This document shows positions 1 through 13,659 of a stretch of DNA of 64,000 nt, in pieces (position 1 is the stretch's first letter; every line of letters starts with the position of its first letter). The DNA is from Microthyrium microscopicum (taxonomy: Eukaryota): positions 833,275-897,274 of the forward strand of contig MU004234.1 in NCBI GenBank assembly GCA_010405405.1. The letters are read 5' to 3'. A program made the position numbers and the translations under genes. The notes under the pieces are model-generated. The model ran no database searches and had not been told where the DNA came from. It saw only the letters and a program-made list of their open reading frames with translations.

Positions 1-496
1 GTTATTTTAATCTTAGTAATCTACTTTGTGATCGTATTAAGTTTTTAGTTAAAACGCGTCTTAAGATATGTTAGTAAAGGGGCTCTATTTATAGTTAAAG
101 CTAGGTAGAACACTAGTTATTTAACGTAGTTTTATGCTATAATAAAGAACGCGTAGTATTGTATAAAATTAGCTATTAGTTAATTAAGGAACGATCGTAT
201 TAAATCCCTCTCTTTAAATATAAGTCCTCTTAATAGTACTTTAATTTCTCTTTATACTCCTATAAGTAGTAGTTTTAGGTTATCTTTTCGTTTCTATATT
301 GCCTCGTTTTTAATATAGGTAGCCTTCGTAATAATAATAACTATCTATTATGAATCTTTATCTATCTCTATAGCGCTAGCTATTACTTACGTCTAGTTAA
401 AAGTTACACTATTGTAATAGTCTTAATAAGATGAATCTAATGATAATGGTTTTATAGAATAATTCTAAGAAATTAATCTTTTAGTATGATGATGCT
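1..496. repeat. Unclassified RIP-mutated AT-rich repeat fragment
   Basis: TpA-rich and CpA/TpG-depleted. It does not align with the Gypsy copy at 14438-23826, whose homology to this block starts only near position 497. Confidence 0.5.
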
Positions 497-618
497 TTAA
501 TACTTTTAAGCTAATAGAAGTAAATTTCCTCTTATACTTTTAATATTATTAAATATAAGTAACTTTATATATTCTTCCTACTTAAAACTTACTATTTATA
601 CTTCCTAAGGCTCTTAAA

Positions 619-2112
619 ATAGCTTCTTTAGATATTTTAAAGAAGAGTAGTTCTTAAAAGTCTAATAAGGAAAACTTTTCTTATTTAAATACCTATTAGA
701 AAATTATTAACGCTTTAAAGGAGAATAGGTAGGAGTAACTCTTACCTTATATAATCTATTTATATAAAAAGATTAAGACTAAGGTTCTATCTTCTTTACT
801 AAGTTATAAAGAAATTTCTATAGAGTTAGTTTATAACTTAGTTAAGTATTATTCTTATTTTATAAGTTTCTAGCTAATTAACTAAATCCTAAAGACTAAT
901 AAGAAAAAAGAAAATCTCTTTAGTAATACCTTTAGTAACGTCTCTTATCCTTACTATAAGTTTCTAATACCTTTTATAATACTAAAAATATCTTATTAAA
1001 TAATTTCTATTAATAATACTTCTACTTAGAAATTAGTATATATAATAGAAAGTTTAGACTTATTAGAAAGTAATTATAAAGCTAAGTATAGAACTTTTAT
1101 ATTCTTTAATTTATTATAAGTACGTAAGTTCTATATTAAGATTCTTATAATAGTTTTAACTTATAAATATAAGACTACTAAAAAAGAGTTAGTAAACTTA
1201 ATAAAATATTAAGAATTTATAAAGTAAAAGATAAAAAATTATAAAAATTAACTAGCTTTTACTAATAAAAGCCTAAAAGATATTTATAAGTATATTAAAA
1301 CTACTAAAGCTATATATAATAAATATAAGTAAAAGTTAAAATAAGTAAAACTTTAGAAATATAAACGTAAAATAAACTTAATAGTAATTTTAGAAAAGCT
1401 ATCTATTATGCGTAGTTATATAAATATAGTAAAACTAATTATTAAGAAGAGTATAAATTATTAAAAGAAGTAGGTTAAGTTCTTAAACTCTAATTAGTAT
1501 CTTACCTTTAAAGACGTTAAACTTTTAAGGAAGAAAGTAACTTAAGAATTACTCTTCTAGCTCTTAAAGTATTACTAAAAAAATAGAAGTATTTTAGTAA
1601 AAGTTACTAATATTTTAGTACTTATACTTTAGTAAGAAATCTATTAGTATCTAAGTACTTTATTCTTAACTAAGAATATTCTATTATTATTTTCTTATTT
1701 AAAGACTTCTATAATATATATAACTATAAAAGAAAAGTAGGAAAAGGCTTATAAGTATTATTAGAATTTATTATAAGTTTATACTTATAATAAGTATATT
1801 ATTAGTATATATAAAGAGAATAAAACTTTTTTCTTAAATAATGCTTATACTAACTATATATTTAATAGTAAGCCTTAAACTTATTTATTCTATAAGAACT
1901 ATATTTTACTATAAAGTTAGAAGAAAAGTCTAAATTCTATTATTATTTAGTTATCTACTTTTCTTAGTATTCCTAAGTTATTAATTAATAAAGAGTACTT
2001 TAGAATAGCTAAAATTATTATAAGATTAGTAGCTTAAGTAAAGCTCTTAAAGAATAAGAAGAAGAAGTAAATATAAGCTTTAAAGAGATAAGACTCTATA
2101 GGATTATAGTAG
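619..2112 (+). pseudogene. RIP-degraded antisense ORF of Gypsy copy 1 (unknown protein)
   Basis: Counterpart of 15233-16726 at offset 14614; see findings. Confidence 0.5.
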
Positions 2113-5100
2113 GATATATAATAGTAGTTCTTTAATATTCTTATATTTCTTAGTCTTATCTTATTAGTTTATTAAAGGGTAGACTTTAATAATAGTCTTA
2201 AGAATTATTAAGAAGATCTAAAGATAACTTATTATATTTAAATATTCTTAATAATAGTTCTAGAAATTACTAAAGAAATCTAAGGGTTTAGCTTATTTAT
2301 TATAGCTTATAATAATTTACTTAAATTAATAATAAAATAAAAGTAATTTCTTATAAATAGTTTCTTAAATAAATATAATTAAGAAAGGTTATAAAAGAGA
2401 TAATAAAAGATTAATTTTTTTTTTCTTTCTTATAGATACCTTACTTATATCTATATATAAAATAATCTCTTATTTAGAAATAGCTTTTTACTATCTCTAT
2501 CTTAATCTTAAATATTATAAGCTAGTACTAGGGTATATAAAATTATTAAGCGTTATAGTTAGCCTAAATATATTAGTATCCTATAAGAATCTTTTAGTTA
2601 TATCTATCTCTTATAGTAGACTAAGTTTAGAGTAATCTATAAAAAAAATCTCTACTTCTATAGTATTTAGTAATAAAGGATTAATACCCTAATAGTCTTT
2701 TTTAAGATTAGATACCTATTTATATAGATTTATTACCTTTAGTATAGATATATAAGTAATTAAAATAATAATTCTATTATAGTTTCTTAACTTTAATAAT
2801 TTATCTCTTTATTCTTATTATTCTAGTAATATAAAGATTAATTCTTAATCTACTATAGCTAGAAGGATTTCTTTCCTTATTAAGCTTTAATTTAAGGAGG
2901 TAGGAATATTATTATTCTTTTTTCTTATTAAATCTTATAGTATTATAGAATATTCTACTTTTTATATAATTTACTTTATCTACTCTAAATTACTTTATAC
3001 TAAAGTTAAAATTAGGTTAGAAGAAATATATTCTAATATTATAGGAGTCTTTAAGTTATTACTTAAGTTATAAATAGTTATTATAGAATATTTCTTTTTA
3101 TATCTATAAATACTTATTTTAGCTTCCTAAACTTTTCTTATAAGGTTAAAAGAGACTATAAATAGACTTAGATAATATCTCTTAATATTAAACCTCTTAA
3201 TATTAATTAACTCTATTAAAAGGTTTCTTAATCTATTAAGCTAGTCTTTCTTAATTATAATAGATATATTTATTTTATTTCTACGCTCTTTATTTAAAAC
3301 ACTTTTAAAGTTATTCTTATTTAATTACTTATACTTAAAATATAGCTAATTTTAATAATAATATTTATTTTCTTCTTACGTATATACTTATATAAGATAA
3401 TTTTTATAAATAAGGTTTTTAAGTACTCTTTTATTAAGTATCTTAAAAGTATATATTCTTAAAAAGTAAGCTTTTAAGACTTTATAAGAGCTAAACTATA
3501 CTACTTAGAACTTAGTTTTATTTAAGTTTTTAAGAAGTACGTAAGATTTTATAAGAAACTTAATAATAAAGTCTTCTTTTAAAATTATATTACTATTAAT
3601 AAGATTTAAGGCTATAGCTCGTTTTAATAAGGCGTTATAATAGACTTACCTAGTAGTTCTAACCTTCTCTAAGTAATTTTTAATAATTATATAAATAAGA
3701 GGTATAGTATTAGTTAATTTAGCCTATTTATCTTCTTTTACTTAGCTTATTTTAAAGTCTTTAGGATCTCTTCTATAAATAAGGAAGAAGAGAAATATTC
3801 TTAATATAGTATAAGCTTATACCTTAGTAATATAAACTACTTAATTTAAGTATAGATTCTAGTTAACTATAAGTTTTCCTTTTAAAAACTTAGTTAAGAA
3901 TATATCTAGTAGACTATTAAATTTCTTAACCTTCCTATTAGACTAAAGGTTATATAAAGCTATTAAGTAGTACTTAGTCTTTATCTATTATAATAAAAAT
4001 AGAATTACGTCTAAAATAAACTAAGATTTATTATTTAAGGTTAATAATTAAAAAGAACTATATTTTAAGATAATTTTTCTATAAATAAATTCTATAACTA
4101 TAAGAGTAGTAGTATTTAGTATTACTTTTATAATAAGTTATTTTATAGTATAGTTAATTATATAAATAATATACTAGTTCTTAAAGAGACTCTATAGAAG
4201 TTTATTAATTAGATTAATTCCCTAAGTCTTAAATAGCTATAGGTTTTATACTTAATAGTAAAACTTATATTTAAGCCTACTTTAATCTATTTATTAAACT
4301 TAATATATAGAATAAAACTTAGTAAATTCTTAGAAGTTATTCTTTATTCTTAGCTACTAACTTTTTAGTTTAAAGATACTAATAAAGCCTATATATAATA
4401 AGTACTTATATTAATTATATACTTTTTTAATAAAGTCTTAGTAGTAAAGGAAGTAAATATAAAGTAAACTAGTAAGTATCTTAGCTTTAGTAGAATCTTT
4501 TTCTAAAAATAAATATCTATATTTCCTTTTAATATTACTATTAGAATTAATCTAAAAATAATTAAGAATACTTTTCTAAAGCCTTTTTTATATATTAATA
4601 AGAATAGTATAATCTTTCTTTTCTAATGCTTTTTATAAGCTCTATATATAGAGAGCTTCTTATTCTTTTTATTCTTATAAAGGTTTTAATAAAGTAGCTT
4701 ATATCTTAAAAGATAAATTATTATTACTATCTTTAGGCTCTATTTCCTAAATAATATTAATTTATTCTTTTTAAAAGTTTAGATAATAATTAAGAGTATT
4801 AAAAACTATTACTTAAAAACTTTTATAGTATATAAAGATAAGATTAAATTCTTAGAACTCTTTAATCTATTAAGTAATACGTTAAGTATTATTCTTAATT
4901 ATATTTATATACTATAAGCTATTATAATTTATAATTACTTTAGTAGTTTTCTCTAAAAAATAGTATTAGTATTTTTTAATTATATTTTTAACTATAAGAA
5001 GCTCCTTCTTATATATTAGATAATTAAGTTTAGCTCTACTTAGCTTATAACTATTAAAGGTAACTAGGTACTATTTACTTTAGTTATTTTCTTATACTAG

Positions 5101-8100
5101 TTTATAGCTAATTATATAATTTAAAATATTTATCTAAAGCTTTATAAACTTTTATAAATTATATACTACTAAGATAGATAATAAGGTTAATAGAGTCTTA
5201 ATTTTATTAAAGGCTATAGTATATTAATAAGTCTAAGTAATAGAGTAGTACTTTTTCTTCCTAATATCTAGATTAGCTTCTTTTAAAAAATTAAAGATAA
5301 AAGTAGTAATCTTAGTAAAGTTCTTAATATACTACTAATAATATAAGGTAAAACTAAGAAATTAATATACTTTATATAAGTTCTTAAGTATAGGTTAGAA
5401 CTTAATTAAAGTAGTCTTTTTATATAAAGGTTAGATTTATTAACTTTTTACTTTATAACTATAAAATTTAATTTTCTTAATCTTAAAGATATATTTATTA
5501 AAATAAGCGTAGAGCTTATTATTTTAAAGGATCTTTAAAATCTAGGTAATATATTTATAATATTCCTTTATAGTATTTAAGTAAATAATAATATTATTTA
5601 GATAAATAACTATATAGATTAATAAAAAGAGCTAAAAAAATATATTTATTATATGCTAGAAAAATAATAGTATATTTATTAATCTAAAAAATATAATAAG
5701 GAACTTATACTTCTTAGACTTAGTATTAAAGGCTATTTTCTTAATATTTTTTTTTACTATATAAACTTACTAATAGCTTAATAAAAGGTTAAACTTAAAG
5801 AAGAATTTTACTCTATTAATAGTATTAAGATACTTATTAATTTATAGTAAAAAATAAGTATCTTTATACGTAACTATATTAAATAGATAATAGTTAATAT
5901 ATATTCTCTATTTTTCTTTTAATTTTAATATAAATAAAATAGAAAAACCTTAAAAACTTCTTAAGACTCTAATAAGTTTTTTAATAAGTAGTTTTTAAAT
6001 CTATTTTTTCTACTCTTCTAATTATAGGTTAGATATTTAATAATAAGCTTAGTTATAAGAAGGAGTATTCTCTATAAAGATTTTATAATTAAACTTAAAG
6101 TATAGTAAAAGTTTAGAAAGAGTATAATAAAAAGATTTATAATAATTATTTAAAAGTTTCTATATACTTTTATTTTCTAGAGTAAGTTTATTAATATTAA
6201 AGTTATTAATTATTAAAAAAATATTAAGCTATTTCTATATTTCTTAAATTAGCTAAAAAACGTTTTTAACTTTATTTTTTATTCTTTTTACTTTATTCTA
6301 AAGTACTTAAAAGATTATATAGAGAAAGCTAGCTATAAATTACTCTATTTATTTTAAGTAGCTTTCTTTATTTTAGAGAAGCTTTACTTAGCGTTCTATA
6401 GTAAGCTTATAAGTATATAAGCCTCTTAAATATTACTTTATAAGCTTAATTCGCCTTATTATTTAATTAATCTATAGATTATATAATTAAAACTATAAGA
6501 GTCTAAAAATAATATTAAAATTAAGGATATTTAGAATATAAGCCTTAAAGTAGCTATAAAAGGTCTTAATATAATAAAGTAAGTAAATCTTAAAAAAAGT
6601 TATAACTATATAGCTATTTATAAGAGTAACTTCTTTTTTTAGAATAAGTATTATAAGAGCTTTAAATTTTTTAATAATTTTTTAACTAATATAAATAGAG
6701 TTAGCTTCTAAGTCTAAGAGAATTATAATCTTAATAAAATAATTTTTATAATATAAGTAAATAGGTAGATATAAAAAAGTATTACTATATTTACTTATAT
6801 AGTTAAAGAAAGCTTATTAGTTATTATATAAATAAGTAGAGTATTCTAATTCTAAGCTAAAAAATTTCTATTTATTTCTTAGTAATAATAGTTTTTTAAA
6901 CCTTATTATTATTAATTAAGCTTTTTATAATTTATAGTATAATAGCTAAGTTTATTATAATTTTAGTACTTAAGTTTAAAGTTATTTATAAAAACTTTTT
7001 TATCTTTAAAGTCCTTTTTATAAAAGAGCTATAACTTTTTATTAAAGTTAAATTTCCTAAAATATTAAGTATTACGTTATTCTTTAAAATAGTAATTTTA
7101 ACTATTTATAGCGTTAAGCTACTTTAAAATTTTATTATTTAACTTAAGCTTATTATTAGTATAGCTTTTACTATTAACTTCCTTAAAATATTTTTTAAAA
7201 CTAGTATTTAGAATAAGCTTTTTATCTTTCTTAAAATTAAAAGAGATTTTATTAAGCTATCTTAACTTATAAGTATTATAAGTATTATATATATTTTAGT
7301 AGAAGTTTATATTATATTTAATAATTTTTTATTTAAAGGCTAAAATATTAACTATAAAGTTAAGAATAGTACTATACTTATACTTAGCTTTAAGAGTAAT
7401 TTATTCTTTAAGGCTTCCTTAGATTTAAATATCTATTTTATAATTAATAAATATAGAATTTATTTAAGTTTATAAGATATAAAGATAATAAATAAATTCC
7501 TTAGTAAAGAAAACTTATAATATATAATTTTACTAAATACTAACCTTAAGTATATCTTTTTTAATACTAAATATAAGTTAAAAGTAAGTAAAGAAGTAAA
7601 ATAAACTTTTAAGTATCTTAAATTCCTTTATAGCTTATTACTAGGCTAAGTTAGCCTATAAGAAATATTACTTAATAAGGAAATATTCTTTAATCTTAAT
7701 AATTTTTTACTACTTAAGTAAGGTAGAATCTAATAAAAGAATATCTTTATTAGCCTTAAAGGTATAAAGAAAGCTCTTAGTTTAAGTATTATATTTACTT
7801 AATTTCTTAAAGAATAAACTATTAAGAAGTATCTTAAACTTAGTTAAATATTATTTTTATTCCTAAGGAATATTCCTTATTATTTTAATAAGTTTTTAAG
7901 AACTAAAAGTTTAAAAGAGTAATTTAATAGTTTTATTTAATTTCTTACTTAGTTTTCCTATAAGGTTTAAGTAAGTAATACTTATTTATAAAGTTTCTTA
8001 AATTAAAGCCTAAGTTTAAATATAAGCCTTAATTTTATTTACTTAGTAATTTTAAATACGTAGAGTAAACTTATTTATATTAAAATAAGAAGTTAATTTA

Positions 8101-9274
8101 ATAATATAATTTACTATCTTTTAGTACTAAGTATATTAAATATCTTTTATAAGTTTAAGGCTATAATTTTATTTAATTTACTTATTAGTAGTAAAGTAAA
8201 ATAATACTTCTTAAAAAGAAATAGGCTTATTTATAAACTACTAATTTTTATTATTATTATATTAAAAAGTTTAGTTATAAGTTTAAGAAATATAGTTAGG
8301 TCCTTTAAAAGTATAGTTTTAAGCTTAAAAAAGAGTTTATAGTTTAGTAAGAGAATAATTAATAATTTAGAGATTAACTTAATATATATTAGTAGAATAG
8401 TTTAAAGCTTAAGGCCTTAATTACTAAATATTAGTAACCTAAGTTATAAAGTTAAGATTAAGATTTAGTATATTAGGAAAATTATCTAGTAATATAAAAG
8501 TAAGTTACTTATTTTAAAGACTTAGATTAATAACTTAAGCTTAGTATTATACTTACTAAGTATCTTATCTTATAGCTTAGGCTATAATATTATTATACTA
8601 GTTATTTATTTTAGTAAAAGAAAGTAATAGTTTTAATAAAAAGTATAATTTTAGTAAAATAAAAAAAAAGTCTTAAGATTTAGAAGTTTTTATACTAAAG
8701 TTAATTAAATAGAATTTAAAGTTAAGAAATTATTTTAAAGTAGATTTTTATACTTTCTTAGTATAGATAAGATCTTAATCTAATTTCCTAAAATAACTTA
8801 AAGCTAAGAGTTTATATTATTACTTATTAGCTTTAATCTATATAGTAAAGTTTCTATAATATTATCCTAAGGGATTTTCTAAGAAAAAGTTCCTATATTT
8901 TATCTAATAGTTATATAATTAATATAATAAAGATTAATAAGAATAAGAAAAGTATTATTATAAGAGAAATAATTTTTATAATATATTTAATAATCTTTAA
9001 AGTAGTAGTTTAAATTAAAGATAATTTAAGATATTTTTAAAATATATTATAATAGAGAATATTATTATATATAATATTCTAAGAATTGTTTCTTAATATA
9101 TAGTTACTAAGTATTAAACTATAATAAGGCTAGCTAATTAGGAAATAGTATTCTTAGAGTATATCTTACTAGATATTAATTCTAAGTAATTATTACTAAT
9201 ATAGTAAATCTAAGGATTCTTATAAGAGGTCTATTATCTAAAAGTCTTAATTAAATTAAATTATTACTACTAAA

Positions 9275-9426
9275 TATTATAAGAATATAAGAAATAAAGC
9301 GTAGTTAATTACTATAAGAGTCTAAGAGCCTAATATAGTTTTTAAGATACGCTAATTAAGGGATTATATCATCCTTAATTAAGTCCTATAATTATCTAAT
9401 CCCTTGGCATGTTCTTTATCACAATA
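9275..9426 (-). repeat. LTR (~152 bp) of Gypsy copy 1
   Basis: Near-identical, apart from mostly transition changes, to 14438-14588 and 23676-23826. Confidence 0.92.
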
Positions 9427-10086
9427 TCTTAGCGTGAGTTCTGTCGGGTTGGCCATCCTACCTGTATCTGGCGACGCAAGCCACGTTGCTTCCAAGATCC
9501 GCTTATCCTCTCATCTCCTTCATAAATCTGCATACTGCGATAATCTTGCCGCAGTGATCGTGGTTGACTCAGACTGCCGCCCACCCACATATTGCCCAAT
9601 AGAAGAGCTACATCTACTAGTAGTAAGCGTCTAGGCGTTCCAACAGTACGCTACTGCAGATATAAACGAAATGCTTTGTTCGATTCGGAACGATTGCGCC
9701 TGCAGTATGCACTGCTGCAGACCCATGTGCATAGCTTGAGCTTCAATTTCAAACAAAGCAAACCTGACCTTCTGCGAAGTACGAAAATGCGCTGTGCAAG
9801 ACCTATTAGCCAATTGAGTTCAAGCCAAATAGTAACAGCAATGAATACCTACCTATCGAAAAAGCCACTCAAGTTCTGCAGTACTTATCCTGCTAGCAGT
9901 GGGTCCGCTTGTAAAGTCACTTTAAATCTCTGAGCCGGCCGGTCTAGAATTAACAGGTATGACTTTGACAGACTTCAGAGGTTTTAAAGACGGTTTTCTG
10001 CAAACCTCGAATCAGCACTCAAAACAGGAAGACTCATCCACTTTTTTTATATTCATTTCGAATCTACTCACAAGTGTGTTATTTCA

Positions 10087-13000
10087 ATGTCTGAAGCTAT
10101 ATCCTCTCTCCAGAATCTCGCGATTACCTCACCACCCAAAGAAGCTTTTGTTGGAGCTTCTGGTGAGGTAAAGCCTCCGAGCGGCGTTTCTAGCCATGAA
10201 AAGGTCTTCAACGACACCGAAACTATTCAACCGACTGAGAGTATACTTGCTGATGGCACTATCTCGAAAGCATACAACGGCGTAGCTGCGGAGGTTGTTC
10301 CTGGAATAGTGCCCAATAACTCCCTTCCACCACCATGTGCTGCCGGAATGAAAGTCTACAAAGAAGCCCAAAAGGAGTTTGACCGAATACGAAACTCGCA
10401 TCGAACGCTAGCTCCAACGGGCTGTACTCCTGAGTTCTGTCAGTCTGGTCGCATGGTATCAACAAACGAGCCTCGTGTCGGTCGAAACCGTCCTCTTGCT
10501 GAAATACAGCAGGAAGCGGTTGATTTTCTGAGAGAATGTCGAGACCACGACGTGATCGAATCCGATGAGAATCTGGACAAGCGAATCAAGGAAGCACTTG
10601 TTCAGATCTCGAATACCGCAATAGTTGCAGCTGTGACAGACAAAGATGGTCATACATCAGAAGGTTTAGCTGGAGGAACTTGGTACCAGCTTCCAGAGGA
10701 GCTCGAGTATGGGCTGAGAGCATCATGGCGTAATGCTCGACGATGTATTATGCGATCAGAACATGGTTAGTCACTCCCTGATATCATTGTTCAATCTACA
10801 ACTCGACAGACTTCCCAACTAGAGCTAGATACAATGTGAGCATCTGCTAATCGTATGCAGAGCATCTCGCACTATGCGATCTGAGAAGAGTACAATCCAG
10901 CAGAGAAATGGCCCGCACCATTGCCAAAGGAATGCAAGAAGCCTTCAACCGAGGACATATTCTCCCTACAGTATTTGTCTTTCCACCGCGCCAGCCTGGC
11001 AAAAAGGGCCCTATGATATGGAACAATCAAATAATGGCTTTCGCTGGCTATAAACTTGATGATGGGTCTATACTGGGCGATCCTGCAAACGTTGACCTTA
11101 CTGAGGGCATGATTGAGTTTGGATGGAAACCTCCTATCAATAAAACTCGATGGGACTTTTTACCTTTGATAACGATGGCTGAGAATGATGAACCATACAT
11201 GATGGAGCTTCCCCAGGAACTGAGAAGAACGGTTTCGATCACTCACCCGCGGTACGAGAAGGAATTTCGGGAATTAGACCTTCGTTGGGTTCTAGCTCCA
11301 GCATTGAGCAGATTGGGATTCGACATCGGTGGTAATCAGTATACAGCATCGCCTTTCATTGGATGGTTTATGGATGCTGAGATTGGTATTCGAAATCTGG
11401 CAGACTCCTTTCGGTACAATGTGCTACCAGATGTCATCGATGCATTGAAGATGAGCCCCGAGCCCGAGACTGATTTCGATGATTTACCCGAATATATGCG
11501 CCTTGTCGCACTTGTAAGTCCAAATCATGGCTCTACAAGATATGTTACTAATTTATAATCAGTCTAGAGCACAAGCTGAGCTAAATTTTGCCGTCTACTA
11601 TTCGTACCTACATGACCACGTTCATATGATCGACACCCTTTCTGGGTCCATTGAATATCAGAACTATGATGAAGATCGAAACGACGAGATTGGATACAGA
11701 CTTCCGGCAGAGCCTTACTGGATCTCTCCACCACAAGGCTCAATAGTCCCAATATGGCACAAAGGTGGCCTTCCCAATTACCAACCGAAACCCATGGTCT
11801 GCAAACATCTTCAGGATCCAGTCAATGCCTGGCGCAGAGAAACGCCAGAGGAAAAGAGGAGAACAAAGAAAGGCTTGATCAAAACCATCACAGATGCCAA
11901 CGAAGCACGTCCAAGGCTAAGAATCTTCTCATGCAGCGCAGGAGTCAATGCTGGAAAAATGGCCCACAAATTGTATGAAACAATGCAAAGGCTAGTCCAT
12001 GAGGTTGATGATCCTTTCGATGTGGAAGTGGAAAGGCCTCTTAACCAACTTGACCTCGCTGAAGCTGGACCTGAAGATATCATTTTGATCATTGCAAGTA
12101 CTACAGGAAGAGGTGAGATTCCTCGTAACGCGAAGCGATTCGTCGAGCGCTGGTCATCTGCTGAGACGTTGTCTTCACCTCCTCGATTTTCTTGCTTTGC
12201 AAATGGTGATTCCACTTATGGAGACACTTATAATATCGCCGGCAAAACCATCCAACAACTCATGACCACACTAGGCTGTCGACCATTGCTGGGTCATTGT
12301 TTTGCTGGAGATACTGCCATTAACAATCCGGACTGGGAGTCATTCACACATTGGCTGGAAAATATAGATCATCTGATCCTTGGAAACCACCACAAAATCC
12401 AACTACCAACCAGCTTGACTGACATGGGGCACCAAACAACAACTATGGTTGAAATGCCCACTGCAACACTTGTCAAAAAGACTCAGCTTGATCCGAAGGG
12501 TATTGTTCATATCACTTTGGACGTTGGCGATAAGAAATATCAGGAAATGGATCACGTAAAGATATTGGCACCCAATCCCGATTACGAAGTGGAAAGAGCT
12601 TTAGCCGCACTAAAGTTGGCACCAGAAGAGAGGTTCACTTGGCATCATCAGGATGCGATAAACTTTCTGAGCAGATATGTTGATCTTGATCATTGCTTCA
12701 AAGAGTTGGACTGGTATCCAGGATTCAGTTGTCTTTCTGAGGAGAAGCAAACCGAGTTGAGAAATGCCAAAGCTCTAGCGGTTATCGAAGGACTGGAAAA
12801 CATCAATTACGACTCTGCACTTCTCGAGAAGATTTGCAAGGACATGGCCAGTATTGTACCCCGTCTGTATTCGGTAGCCTCATGCCCTGTCTACTCCAAC
12901 ACAGACGCGATTAAGGAAGAAGACAGCGGCAACGTAGTCGACATCATGGTCAAAGTCAATCCTTCTGGTCGCTTCAGCGAAGTATTCCTGCTGAATGCTA

Positions 13001-13659
13001 AAATCGGAGCTCAAATGAGATTTGGTCTTACCAGTCCGGACACCTGGCAATTGATTCAAGCTCAAAAGCCGAATGCACCTTTGATAGCAATTGCCACTGG
13101 CTCTGGCATTGGACCTGTTCGTGCTCTTCTTCAACGGCGAATGATTGATATCACTCGCACCACAGGAGGTACTGGTCGCCCACGAGGCAAAATGAGCTCA
13201 GTGACTGCTGAAGTCCCTACATCAATATACTCTGGCTCCCGAAGAGGCTCGGTCAGTAGCATTGGCTCCGGCTCGCGTCGTGGAATCAAGGATATCAATC
13301 ACCATGCCCATCTTGGGGTTGGCAGCACTCGTGGTTCTGTCAGTCTGTTTGCTGGTTTCAAGACTGAGGATTCAGATCTCATTCAGACCATCATCCGCCC
13401 AGCTTCGCACACTGGTATACTAGATATCGTCGAGCTTTGCCCGAGTAACTCTGAGATGGTCAGGATTCAGGATCATATCCTTCTTCAAAGCGTCAAGGAC
13501 AAGTTGGCAGAGAAGCTCCGCGATCCATCGTGCATCGTGTTTGTATGTGCCAATGAGTGGGCAGCAGAGGGCGCAGTTGTTAATTTGTCACTCATTGCCG
13601 GCGGTAATGTTAAAGACTTGTTAGCAGAGAGATATATCGAGGAAATATTCCGCGGGTAA
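10087..13659 (+). CDS. nos: Full-length nitric oxide synthase-like protein (NOS oxygenase + flavodoxin/FMN + FAD/NADPH reductase), ~1142 aa; exons 10087-10765, 10861-11513, 11563-13659
   Basis: Oxygenase motifs: Zn motif CTPEFC; heme-thiolate WRNARRCIMR; IWNNQ..AGY; GDPANV; PFIGWFMDAEIGIRN with the substrate Glu; WISPP. FMN motifs: STTGRGE and GDSTY. FAD motif: PRLYSVAS. NADPH motifs: ATGSGIGP, VFVC and RYIEEIF. Two GT-AG introns with branch sites join the ORFs in frame. Confidence 0.93.

Larger units (their letters stand above)
497..9426 (-). mobile_element. Ty3/Gypsy LTR retrotransposon, copy 1 (RIP-degenerate; 3' LTR missing or interrupted)
   Basis: Colinear with about 15112-23826 (offset 14614 before the N gap). 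Minus strand 5581-5610 reads VIYLNNIIIY, i.e. a RIP-mutated RT motif VVYLDDIIIY, followed by an RNase H-like stretch (about 5100-4780). The 5' LTR is at 9275-9426. Confidence 0.88.

Noticed and set aside
9404..10171. Short ORFs upstream of NOS
   Set aside because: No recognisable motifs or splice support; likely promoter/UTR, and one begins inside the LTR.
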